A DNA stretch of 34,199 bases, from contig NC_057719.1 in NCBI RefSeq assembly GCF_004010195.1, forward strand, positions 12,404,137 through 12,438,335, given 5' to 3'. How positions within the stretch are numbered: the stretch's first letter is position 1; every line of letters begins with the position of its first letter. Position numbers and translations under genes: made by a program. This stretch comes from Chiloscyllium plagiosum. Its lineage: Eukaryota. Below, one piece after another: positions 1 through 9,578 of the stretch. Under the pieces are notes generated by a model. The model had not been told where the DNA came from, did no database searches, and saw only the letters and a list, made by a program, of their open reading frames with translations.

Positions 1-745
1 CAGTCCTGCCCATCCCTGAGCCATGTTTCTGTAATTGCTATGATATCCCAGTCCCATGTTTCTAACCATGCCCTGAGTTCATCTGCCCTCCCTGTTAGGC
101 CCCTTGCATTGAAATAAATGCAGTTTAATTTATTATTCCTACCTTGTCCCTGCCTGCCCTGACTGTTTGACTCACTTCTGTTCTCAACTGTACCAGTCTC
201 AGATTGATCTCTTTCCTCACTATCTCCCTGGATCCCAACCCCCCCATCTTACTAGTTTAAATCCTCCCAAGCAGTTCTAGCAAATTTCCCTGCCAGTATA
301 TTAGTCTCCTTGCAAGTTATATGCAATCCATCCTTCTTGTACAGATCACTTCTACCCCAAAAGAGATTCCAATGGTCCAAAAATGTGAATCCTTCTCCAT
401 ACACCGGCTCCTCAGCCGTGCATTCATCTGCTCTATCCTCCTATTCCTGCCCTCACTAGCTCGTAGCACTGGGAGTAATCCAGATATTACTACCCTTGAG
501 GACCTCCTTTTTAAATTTCTGCCTAACTCTGTAATCTCCCTTCAGAGTCTCAACCTTTTCCTTTCCAATGTCGTTGGTTCCAATGTGGACAATGACCTCC
601 TGCTGGCCCCTCTCCCCCGTGAGAACATTCTGCACCCTCTCTGAGACATCCTTGATCCTGGCACCAGGGAAACAACACACCATTCTGCTTTTTCTCTGCT
701 GGCCACAGAAATGTCTGTCTGTACCTCAGACTACAGAATCCCATC
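1..745 (-). mobile_element. CR1-clade LINE fragment: 3' part of ORF1 (SGNH/esterase-like) and start of ORF2 (APE endonuclease), running off the window
   Basis: ORF 456-683 reads VCCFPGARIKDV...VIVHIGTNDIG, typical of the CR1 ORF1 esterase domain. The reverse complement of 1-125 reads CIYFNARGLTGRADELRAWLETWDWDIIAITETWL, the APE N-terminus. Frameshifts are present. Confidence 0.9.
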
Positions 746-905
746 TGTGGAAAGAAACCAGAGTTAACGTTTCGAGTCCGGTGACCTTTTGAAGGGTAAT
801 TTATTATGGATTTCTCTTCACAGACGTTGCTGGACCTACTGAGCTTTTCCAGCAATTTCTGCTTTTCTTCCTGATTTTACGGCATCTGCAGTTCTTTCGG
901 TTTTT
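746..905. mobile_element. Old Penelope-like hairpin element remnant; left arm cut by the adjacent CR1
   Basis: Carries GCTGGACCTACTGAGCTTTTCCAGC...GCATCTGCAG, related to 8687-8905. The - strand has the hammerhead remnant GGTCACCGGACTCGAAACGTTA. Confidence 0.6.
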
Positions 906-909
906 AAAA

Positions 910-2225
910 TTTAATCAGAGGTGGTCAGCATGTCTTTGAAAGAGGGCATCATGTCTGACAAATCTGGTTGAAATGTTTGAGGTGACCGAACATGTGGATG
1001 AAGATAGTGTAGTGGACGTCGTTTACGTAGAATTTAGCAAGGCCATTAACAAGGTCCCACATTGGAAACTGATAAAGAAGATTAAAAGCACACAGGATCC
1101 AGAGTAACTTGGCAAGTTGGATCGAACATTGGCTTTGTGACAGGAGACAAGGGGGTGGTGGTCGAAAGCTGTTTGTGTGACTGGAGCTCGGAATCCAGTG
1201 GTGTACTCCGGATCCGTGCTGGGTCCATTACTGATTGTGATATGTATCTGTGTGTATGATTTAGATTAGATAGATGCAATAATAAGAAAGTTGACAGTGA
1301 GGAAGAAGATCTTGGGTTACAGGAGGATATAAACAGATTGGTCAGATGATCTTGTCAGTGACAGATGGAACTTAGCGATGATAAGTGTGAGGTGATGCAT
1401 TTTGGAAGAAGGAACAAGTCTCTGGATTACTCCGTGCTTGAGATACTAGGAAGCTCAGGAATAAGGGGACCTTGGGGTGCTTGTCCACAAATTTCTGAAG
1501 ATGGAAGGCAGGTTAATAAGGTGACTAAGAAGGCATACACTGCCTTTTTTCAGTTGAGACATAGATTATAAAGGGGAGGAGGCTTTGTAGTAAGGTTATA
1601 ATCAACTAGGAGAAAGTATAGAGGGAGAAGGGGAACTCTCCTGCTCCTCGGATGCTGCGTGACCGGCTGTGCTTTTCCAGCGCCACACTTAGACATAGAT
1701 TATAAGAGCATTTTGGAAAAGTGCAGAACTTTGGATAAGCCACAGCTGGAGTACTGTGTGCATTTATGGTCACCATACTATAGGAGGGATGCGATTGCCC
1801 TGTAGGAGTGCTGAGGAGTTCACTGGAATGCTGCCTGGGATGGAGCATTTCGCCTGTGAAGAGAGGCTGGATAGGCTTGAGGGAGAGACTCAATAGAGGT
1901 GTACAAGAGGCCTGTGTAGAAAGCAGCTGAAAGATAAGGGTTAGTTGAAAAGTCAATAATAAGGGGGCACATTTTTAAGGTGAAAGGCAGGAGGTTTAGA
2001 GGAGAGTTGAAATCATTTTTCACCCCGAGGGTGGTGGGGTTCTGGAATGCACGACCTGGGAGGGTAGTAGATGTGGGGAAAAAGGTACATGGATAAACAC
2101 TTGAAATGTCATAATATTCAAGGTTATGGACCAAGTACTGGAAAGTTAGATTAGTGTAGATTTAGCACAGTTTTGGCAGTGAAGACTTGCTGGGCCAAAG
2201 GGCATCTTATGTAATGTATGATTCT
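910..2225 (+). mobile_element. Degenerate CR1 LINE 3' portion (RT C-terminal region and 3' UTR), interrupted at 1572-1690
   Basis: Decayed motifs: VDVVYVEFSKAINKVPH, KCEVMHFGRRN, CCACAGCTGGAGTACTGTGTG (PQLEYCV). Ends in a TATGATTCT tail. Confidence 0.85.
1572..1690 (+). mobile_element. Truncated Penelope-like insertion with 15-bp TSD
   Basis: AGACATAGATTATAA occurs at 1557-1571 and 1691-1705. The insert ends in CTCCTGCTCCTCGGATGCTGCGTGACCGGCTGTGCTTTTCCAGC, the right arm of the 8687-8905 family. Confidence 0.85.
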
Positions 2226-2231
2226 GGGAGT

Positions 2232-2335
2232 TCTCTCTATCTGTTTCTTGACAGATGCTGCCAAACCTACTGAGTTTTATCGTTGCTTTGTTTTTGTTTC
2301 GTGTTTCCAGTGTCAGCAATATTTTGCTTTTTTAT
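2232..2335 (+). mobile_element. Old single-arm remnant of the Penelope-like hairpin family
   Basis: ACAGATGCTGCCAAACCTACTGAG...TTTCCAG...TATTTTGCTTTT resembles 820-905 and 25765-25850. Confidence 0.55.
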
Positions 2336-2608
2336 ATTGGCATTAACCCGACTTGAACCTCCTCCCAACCCTCTTCATCCATATCTGGTTAGTCCTCTTG
2401 TTCCTTTCTCTCTCGTAATCCCCACGCCTTTCCCATGTTTGCTCTCTGCCTGAACAACTCTCTGTGTGATAGTGAAGACTACATTTTGACCACCTGGAGT
2501 AAAGTGCATAAAAATAATTTTGCACAGGGGATACCATTCTCATGGCTGTGAGAAAATAGCATTGAAACAAAAATGGGTTATCTGAAGTGACATTTCATTG
2601 GATTGCAG

Positions 2609-2731
2609 GTGAGAAGCCTTACCGTTGCAGCATTTGTCACAAAACGTTCTCTCAGAGCGGCAGCAGGAATGTCCACCTGCGGAAGTACCACAATGTGCTC
2701 GTGCCTGTCTCTGACCAGGAAGAAACCAGAG
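2609..2731 (+). CDS. ZNF410: ZNF410 coding exon, last C2H2 zinc finger (123 nt, phase 1-1)
   Basis: Acceptor TTGCAG, donor GTATGT. Translates (G)EKPYRCSICHKTFSQSGSRNVHLRKYHNVLVPVSDQEETR. KTFSQSGSRNVH matches ZNF410 finger 5 as recalled from the human protein. Confidence 0.95.
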
Positions 2732-3159
2732 GTATGTGCTGGCGGTGGAAGGGGTGAGTGGATTTCATGAGGGCTCCCAATGTTGTGGAAGGAGCATTTT
2801 CCCAATTATTAAAACCAGTTCCATTCATGCATTCATAGAGTCTGTGCCTCTGAAAATGTTGCTTTTCCCAGAGAATATGCTTCTGTGCCTCCCCACCACC
2901 CCTCTCAATCCAGAAGCGCAAGCCCTAACTGCATTACTGCGATATTTATTATATTCTTAGTTCACCACCTGTCTGTCACCTTGGTCCAAGATAAATTTGT
3001 GTGAAATTGTACTGCTTGAGGAACAAGGTTGACCTGACGTAAGCTAATTTGACTGTTAAGCAATACCTTCAGCAGAGAGGAGATGGTACTTAATTCCATT
3101 AGTCACTACTCAATGAGGACCCTTGATCGTGGATAGTTGATGGAGCAGTTTTTAAAAAA

Positions 3160-3770
3160 AATTAATTCAAGGGATGTGGGCATCACCAATATACCAGCAT
3201 TTATTGTGCTTGAGAAGGTGATGGTGAGCAGCTGTCTTGAACTGCTGCAGTCCATGTGATGGAGGTACACTCATGGTGCTGTTAGGGAGCGAGTTCCAGG
3301 GTTTTGACCCAGCAACAGGTGCAGAACAGTGATATAGTTCTGAGTCAGACTGTTGTGTGACTAGGATGGGAATTTGCAGGAAGTGGCATCCATTGCATCT
3401 GCTGACCTTGTCTTTGTGGGTGGTAGAGGTTGTAGATTTGGAAAGTGCTGTTGGAGGTGCCTTGATATGCTGTTGCAATGTATCTTGTAGGTGGTACGCA
3501 ATGCTGCCACTGTGCAATACACTGCTTTGATTTTGAGTTTCTTGAGTGTGTTGTTGGAATTAGTCACCCAGAAAAAGCGAGAATATTCCATCATATCCCT
3601 GACTTGTGCCCTTTAGATGGTAAACAGGCTTTGGGGAGTCAGGAGGTGATTTGCTTGTTGCAGGATTCTAGCCTCTGATCTGCTCTTGTAGTTGGTGTTT
3701 CTATGGCTCGTCCATTTTCTAATTGATGATAACCCTTGGGATGTTAGTGGTGGGAGTTTCAGTGATGTCC
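3160..3770 (-). mobile_element. LINE (CR1/L2 group) 3' fragment; same family as 4028-4475, 13620-14000 and 20830-21525
   Basis: Reverse complement aligns with 4028-4475 (CATCTACAAGA..., GACAAGG..AGCAGAT, CCCTGGAACTC = KPWNSLP). Ends in an A-rich tail. Confidence 0.75.
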
Positions 3771-3849
3771 AATGATACCACAGGTCAACACAAGGGGAGA
3801 CACCACCCACTGTTCTCTTGATCAAAAAGATTAGTGTCGGCCAAAAGAC

Positions 3850-5020
3850 CTGGAACATTTTCTGAAACAACGGTGATTACTAAGAAAAAATGCAAATGAC
3901 GGACAAACTGGATCATGAGAGAAAACTTTTAAGTATGAAAAAGACTAAAATATTCTACAAGTATGTAAAAAGGAATAAAAGACTGGAACATTAGCCTTTA
4001 TTACAAGGGGATTTGAGTCCATGAGTAATCCAACATCCAGGACAAAGCAGTTTGCTTGTTTGACAGCACGTCCACAAGCATCTACTCCCTCCACCACTGG
4101 TGCTCAGTAGTGGCAGTGTGTACTATCTACGAGATGCACTGCAGGAATTCACCAAAGATCGTCAGACAGCACCGTCCAAACCCACAACTACTTCCATCTA
4201 GAAGGACAAGGGCAGCAGATAAAAGGGAACACTGCCACCTTCAAGTTCCCCTCCAAGCCACACTCTATCCTGACCTAGAAATATACCACCGTTCCTTCGC
4301 TGTCGCTGACTCAGAGTCCCTGATGGCATTGTGGGTCAACCCACAGTAGATGGACTGTAATGGTTCAAGAGGCAGCTCATCATCACCTGCTCATCAAGGA
4401 CCTCTAGGGACAGGTAATAAATGTTGGCCAGCCAGTGACACCTGTATCCTGTAAATGAATACATTTTTTTAAAAAGTGCTTCAATTGTACAGAAGCTTGC
4501 TTAGACTATACCTGGAATATTGTGTGCCTTATCTCAATAAAGATATTGTTGCCTTGAGGCAGAGTTGTAGCCAAGATAGTAGGAATATCTTATGAAGAGA
4601 GATTGGGAAAACTGGGCCCTTTACTCCTTAGAGTTTTGAAGAATGACAGGTTATTTAATTTTAAAATCTACCAAATACTGAATAGGATAGACAGAGTAAA
4701 CCTAGATTAAAATGTTTCCTCTGTTTAAGGAGTCTACAACCAGGGGAAACAATTTTAAAATGATGGAGATGCTATTTCAGAGCAAGATGAGGAGAGCACT
4801 TTTTTTTCTTAAAAGGTGAATCTTTGGAATTCTTTACCACAGAGGGCTGTAGAAACTCAGTCTTTGAATATGTTTAAAGTAGAGGCTGATAAGATTTTCT
4901 GACTACCAATGGTGTAAAGGGTTATGGAGAAAATGTGAATAAAAAGCATTGAAGAGTTTGAACAGCCATGACCATATTAAATGGTGGAGCTGACTTGACA
5001 ATCTGAATGACCCACTCTTG
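3850..5020 (+). mobile_element. Degenerate CR1 3' fragment with a second LINE fragment nested at about 4028-4475
   Basis: GCCTTTATTACAAGGGGATTTGAGT before 4025 resumes with AGACTATACCTGGAATATTGTG after 4475. CR1 3' UTR follows to about 5020. Confidence 0.75.
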
Positions 5021-5054
5021 GTTTTTTTTTTGTTCCTTAATGAAATTTGATTCC

Positions 5055-6350
5055 TGAAAATTGAAACTGGGGAATTCATAATGGGAAACCAGAAAATGGC
5101 AGAGACTTCAACTGTGGATGCAAAATGTTTGTTCAAGATGTGAAAGGCATCCCAAGAATAGAGAAAATTAAAAGACAAAAAGAGTGGAGGAGCCTGAAAC
5201 AATTGCTGTAATTTGAATGTTTGAAAAACCCAATGAGACCAAAGGCTGACAAGACCCTGGACATGATGCCTTCACCCTAGGATCCTAAGTGAATGCTTAG
5301 TTGTAACCTTCAAATTTTCCCTAAATTCTGGAAAGTCTGAATGGATTGGAGATTGGAACAATATCGCTATTTAAGAAAGGAGGGGGATAGAAAGTGGGGA
5401 ATAGACACTAGTTATAGCCTAATATCTGTTATCAAGGAAGCAGGAGATTTGGAAAATCCACATACGATCAGGTCAAGTCAACATGGTCTGTGAATGGAAA
5501 ATAACCAGGGTAACTACTGATTTTAGGTTGTTAGTAGTAGAGTACCATAGGGTTCAGTACCTGGGCTGCCATTATTTATCAGCTATATTAATGACTTTGA
5601 AAGAGCAGCTGTATTATTGCAACATTTGCAGGTAATATGAGGGTGGGGAAAGTAAATTGTGAGAACCACACAAATGGTCTGCAAAGGGATATACATAGGT
5701 CAAGTGAGTGGAAAACATTTGGCAACTGGAGGTTGGTGTGAGAAAAATGTGAAAGAATAGAAAAGCAAATACTTAAATGGTGAGAGTCTGTAGAATGTTG
5801 CAATGCTGGCGTGTGTCCTTGTGCACAAATCACAAAAGTTAGCATGTAGGCACAGTGAGTAATTCGGGAGGCAAATGAAATGTTGGCCTTTCTTGTGAAG
5901 CGCAATGAAAATGAATGGGAAGTCTTGCTACAATTGTCAATGACATTGGTGAGATCAGACCAAGATTATGGCACTGGTCTTTGTACTTAAGCTTAGTGTG
6001 TATCTCCTGTCACCCCGAAAGGTTCCCATTCCACTGAAGAAAGGGGGTGGAATAACATAATTACATAAATAACATAAATCATGGCACGGGAAGTGTGCAT
6101 TTTGCACTTGAGGACTGAGAATGTTTCAGCCGGGTGTCAGCAGATTCTCTCTTATAATTGTCAGGATATTCATTAAGGAAGTAGTTTAAAGAATGTTAAC
6201 TGATTTCTGGGATGAAAGATTGCCTTTTGAGGAAAGGCTGAGCTGTTTGGGCCTGTGCTCACTGGATTTTAAAAGCATGAAAGCACTTGTGAGGGCCTTG
6301 ACAGGGTAAATGCTGAGTGGATATTTCCTCTTCTGGGGGAATCTAGAATA
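5055..6350 (+). mobile_element. Heavily decayed CR1 ORF2 fragments
   Basis: Remnants of FKKGG...SLIS, GTACCATAGGGTTCAGTACCTGGG (GVPQGSVLG-like), ACATTTGCAGGTAAT (FADD-like) and GAGGAAAGGCTGAGC. Confidence 0.65.
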
Positions 6351-6380
6351 GTACATTGTTGTATTTCTTGTTTTTAAAGG

Positions 6381-6643
6381 TAAAGTTGTCATAGGACTGC
6401 TCTCATTTGGAGAGAGAAAGCTGGTGGTGAGTTTAACCTGAGGGTTACCATACCTCAAGCGGGGGAGGAGATTCAGAAGGATAGTCCTTCTTGGTAACCA
6501 CAATCTATGCAGGAATTGAATGCTGTTGATGTCAATCTGCATCACATACCAGCTGTCCAGCTAACTGACCGCAAAACCACCACCAGTCATCTCTACCTAA
6601 TGAGAAAGCAGCCCTGTAGTCTGGTAGGACCATGGCAACTTTA
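6381..6643 (-). mobile_element. tRNA-headed SINE-like element with an inverted copy of its own 3' end attached to its head
   Basis: The - strand head starts near 6572 with a degenerate A box and B-box-like GCATTCAATTCC (6512-6523). Arms 6381-6436 and 6573-6643 are inverted (CTGGTGGTG/CACCACCAG; TAAAGTTGTCATA/CATGGCAACTTTA). Confidence 0.6.
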
Positions 6644-6847
6644 TTTTTCGCTTTTGTTTCATGTCTTATTGATAAATAATACTGATTAAGTAGCGTGGAT
6701 TCAATTTATTTGAAAGTCTCTTTATAGGTTTAACAGTTTAAACTATAAGCTATATATACAGATGACTCTGCATGCAATCTGCTTCTAGCATTGCTTCTGC
6801 TCTTGTGGTTTCATCCTGGTTCTACTAGCATACCCAGTTCTTAATTA

Positions 6848-6947
6848 TTGTGTTCAGACATATTATAACACACTTCCGGGGCAGGTGTGTCTTGGACTCT
6901 AATCTTCAGGCCAAAAGGCAGAAACCTTATCACTGTCTACAAAAGCA
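6848..6947 (-). mobile_element. Degenerate short tRNA-derived SINE, same family as 21025-21145
   Basis: ACACACTTCCGGGGCAGGTGTGTCTTG aligns with ACACACTTCTGGAGCAGGTGGGTCTTG at 21063-21089. Confidence 0.55.
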
Positions 6948-7051
6948 TGCTCATAAATGCCAAGTATCTTAGCCATTATTGTCCCCACAACAAAGCCGCC
7001 AATTCCTTATGGTAAGAATCCTGTAAGTATCTGTTGTTGATTTGATTCCAT

Positions 7052-7315
7052 ATAGAATCCCTAAAGTGTGGAAATAGGCCATTCATCCCATGGAGTCTGC
7101 ACCAATCCTCTGAAGAGCATCCCATCAGGATCCAGACCCTTCCCATATCCCTGTAACCCCGCATTTCCCATGGCTCATCCATTTAGCCTACACATCCCTG
7201 GACACTACAGACAATTCAGCATGGCCAATCTGCCTAATCTGCATATCGTTGGACTGTGGGAGGAAATTGGACCACCCAGTGGAAACCCACGCAGGAACAG
7301 GGGGAACATACAAAT
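7052..7315 (-). mobile_element. HE1-type (V-SINE) shark SINE, 5'-truncated
   Basis: Reverse complement matches 12600-12822 (GCGTGGGTTTCC, CCCACAGTCCAA, ATTGGCCATGCT, CCTATTTCCACAC). Confidence 0.85.
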
Positions 7316-7454
7316 GTAGAACCTTATATCCTTGCTGATATAAGGTTTGTCCAAGGGAGATCATTGGAGGAACATCTGTGTGTATTGTAGAGAAATAAAT
7401 TACTAGTTATTGGCCAGCCAGCCAGTTGGTCTTTCAGTTGGATTGGAAAGATAA

Positions 7455-7945
7455 TATGAACATGTGAACTTGGAGCAGGAGTGGGTCATTTGGCCTACTT
7501 GACCTTCTGCTCTGACAGTCATTAAGATCCTGGCTCATCTGAATGTGGTCTCAACTCCATCCCTCTGACCTACCACCATATGAATCCCTTGTTGGTCAAG
7601 AATCTATGGTTGCCATCAAAATCATTCAATGGCCTTGCTCCCTGTTTTAAAAAAAGGAATTTCTCCAACTCTCAACCTGTTTCAACCTCTAAATTTTAAA
7701 CAATCCCCTTATTCTAATCTCTCCTACAAGGGGAAAAAATCCTGCCAGCATCCACCCTATCAACTCAATTCAGTATCTCATACTTTTCACTCAGATTCTT
7801 CCTAATTCCAATGGATACAGGCCCATCCTGTTCTCGTAAGGTAACTCTCCCCATATCCACGGCATGCGATTTCCTGCAAACAGTGCCTACTCCATCTTGG
7901 TGGAGGTTGCTATATTGTACACAGCAGCTTTTCCAAGTGCTAACC
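7455..7945 (-). mobile_element. Degenerate CR1 3' fragment abutting a ZNF410 acceptor
   Basis: GGAGCAGGAGTGGGTCATTTGGCC tail and CCAGCATCCACCCTATCAA resemble 13045-13585 and 33885-34199. Confidence 0.7.
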
Positions 7946-7973
7946 TTACTTTTCTCCCCAATTATATTTTCAG

Positions 7974-8120
7974 AAGCGATCCCATTGGCTGACACTGGTG
8001 CAGCAAAAGAGCCAGAGGTACCTGCTGGACTTCCGGTAGCAACAACTACAATGGCAATGCCTACGGGTTTGGAAGCTCAGCCTTTAGTGTTGTCACCTAG
8101 TATACTTGGAGCAGAGGAAG
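7974..8120 (+). CDS. ZNF410: ZNF410 penultimate coding exon (147 nt, phase 1-1)
   Basis: Branch-like TGCTAAC (7938-7944), pyrimidine tract, TTTCAG acceptor and GTATGT donor. Translates (E)AIPLADTGAAKEPEVPAGLPVATTTMAMPTGLEAQPLVLSPSILGAEE. SILGAEE parallels human SILGVDD and the exon is in frame with both neighbours. Confidence 0.9.
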
Positions 8121-8438
8121 GTATGTAGACAAGCCAAGTTTTTTTTTAAAAAATGCAAGTGTTTTGCTTGTTTTACATGTTTATTTCTTTGTTTGTCCAG
8201 ATTGTATAACATCATGCACCTTTCCTTGCCTCTGAGATGCACTGGGTCAACCTGCTTCTAGGTCATGAACTGACAACTACTTTATGTACCCGTCTCTCCC
8301 AGGTTGACTTGCTATACGAATTTTCCTCTCCCTCTACCTTCCCTTGACTCCTGTTGAACAGGTAGTTTGTGCATTCTTGGAGGGGAAGAGTTCCAGATTT
8401 CCAACATCCTTTGCAGACAAGAGTTTAAAAATCAGGAC

Positions 8439-8667
8439 TGAAATAATTGCACAGAGACCAGTATCCATCACCAAGTCACCTTTTATTTACATGTGAACAG
8501 TACGTGGGTCCTGACCGGCCAGCTCAGAGCCAGTCCCTAGACTGAGTTGACCTTCTGAATCTTCTGTTTATATCTGTCAGCCAGGGCTCCTTGATTGGGT
8601 TTGTTAACCTGGGCCAATCAAGGATCTCCATAGTCAACGATACCTGACCCTGGTTTCAACCATTGCA
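8439..8667 (-). mobile_element. Solo LTR (229 bp) with 5-bp TSD
   Basis: TG...CA ends (TGAAAT/ATTGCA). AGGAC occurs at 8434-8438 and 8668-8672. On the - strand CCAAT, GATATAAA (about 8567-8574) and AATAAA (about 8482-8487) appear in LTR order. Confidence 0.85.
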
Positions 8668-8686
8668 AGGACTCTCCCATTTTAAG

Positions 8687-8905
8687 GGAGAAAGTGAGGA
8701 CTGCAGATGCTGGAGATCAGAGCTTAAAAATATGTTGCTGGAAAAGTGCAGCAGGTCAGGCAGCATCAAAGGAACAGGAGAATCGACGTTTCGGGCATAA
8801 GCCCTTCAGCCATTCCTGAAGAAGGGCTTATGCCCGAAACGTCGATTCTCCTGTTCCTTTGATGCTGCCTGACCTGCTGCGCTTTTCCAGCAACGCATTT
8901 TTAAG
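8687..8905. mobile_element. Penelope-like non-autonomous hairpin element with 15-bp TSD and hammerhead motif
   Basis: 89-nt inverted arms (8719-8807 and 8821-8909) with 3 mismatches. An unpaired tail of about 32 nt lies on the left. CTCTCCCATTTTAAG occurs at 8672-8686 and 8906-8920. Confidence 0.9.
8812..8847 (+). ncRNA. Minimal type I hammerhead ribozyme motif with intact core
   Basis: CTGAAGA (8816-8822), one extra A, stem II GGGC-TTAT-GCCC, GAAA (8836-8839), then CG-TC. Predicted cleavage is after C8843. Stem I is short (ATTC/GATT, one mismatch). Confidence 0.75.
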
Positions 8906-9165
8906 CTCTCCCATTTTAAGCCTGAGATGAGGTTGTTTTTTTAATGAGAGTTGTGGGTCTTTGGAGCTCTGTTCCCCAGACTCTAGGAGGGGTTGTTATC
9001 AAATACTTTTAAGACCGAGGTTAATAGAACCTTGACTAACAAGGGAGCCCATGGTTATCAGGAGTAGGAAGGAAAGTGGTGTTAAAATGATGATCAGATC
9101 AACTCGATCTTGTTAAATGATGGAAGAGCCTTGAGGGCGAAATAGCTTACTCTTGTTAATAATTT
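8906..9165 (+). mobile_element. Old CR1 3' end; host of the LTR and hairpin insertions (begins about 8420)
   Basis: GAGTTTAAAAATCAGG...CCATTTTAAGCCTGAGATGAGG...GAGAGTTGTGGGTCTTTGG...TTGAGGGCGAAATAGCTTACTC is a typical CR1 ORF2 end and 3' UTR. Confidence 0.7.
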
Positions 9166-9435
9166 GTCAGTTTGTATGAAGAACTGCTTCCCAGCATCTT
9201 TGACTTACTTAGTTTTTATTTCAAGGTTATGCACCTTTTCTGTCCAGACTCTGCCCATGAGAGGAAATAGCTTCTGTCCATCCCAGTAATTATCTTAATC
9301 ATCTTAAATGACTCACTAATCATTCCCAATTAATTTGTAATGAAGCGAATACAAGCTTTCTGACTTGATAATGTAACACTTTGTAAAAAAAAGATGTATT
9401 AAAAATGTCTTTTTTTTTTGTTTCCCCTCTGCCAG

Positions 9436-9578
9436 AAGTATTACCTGAGAATTCTCCTTCAGTTACTGGTACAGCGACCACTGCATCCGTTGTTGTTCTG
9501 CCCCAGCCGCACCATCTGGTTACTATCGCCACGGCCGGACATTCTTACGAAGAAGTAGTTACTGTGATAATACAGTGA
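9436..9578 (+). CDS. ZNF410: ZNF410 terminal coding exon (143 nt to TGA)
   Basis: Long T tract and GCCAG acceptor. Translates (E)VLPENSPSVTGTATTASVVVLPQPHHLVTIATAGHSYEEVVTVIIQ*. EVL..SP, HHLVT and SYE match the recalled human C-terminus. Confidence 0.92.

Noticed and set aside
2606..2614. CAG|GTGAGA as a recursive splice site
   Set aside because: It is the expected result of a phase-1 intron splitting the TGEKP linker, which is common in zinc-finger genes.
7811..8128. 105-aa ORF as a standalone gene
   Set aside because: Only 7974-8120 is an exon. The upstream part is intronic CR1 remnant.
8687..8905. Classical MITE or pre-miRNA
   Set aside because: Asymmetric ends, long variable TSDs, multiple copies and a hammerhead core fit a Penelope-like retroelement better.
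9576..9578. TGA as selenocysteine
   Set aside because: I could not identify a SECIS element, and the position is not a conserved Cys or redox motif.
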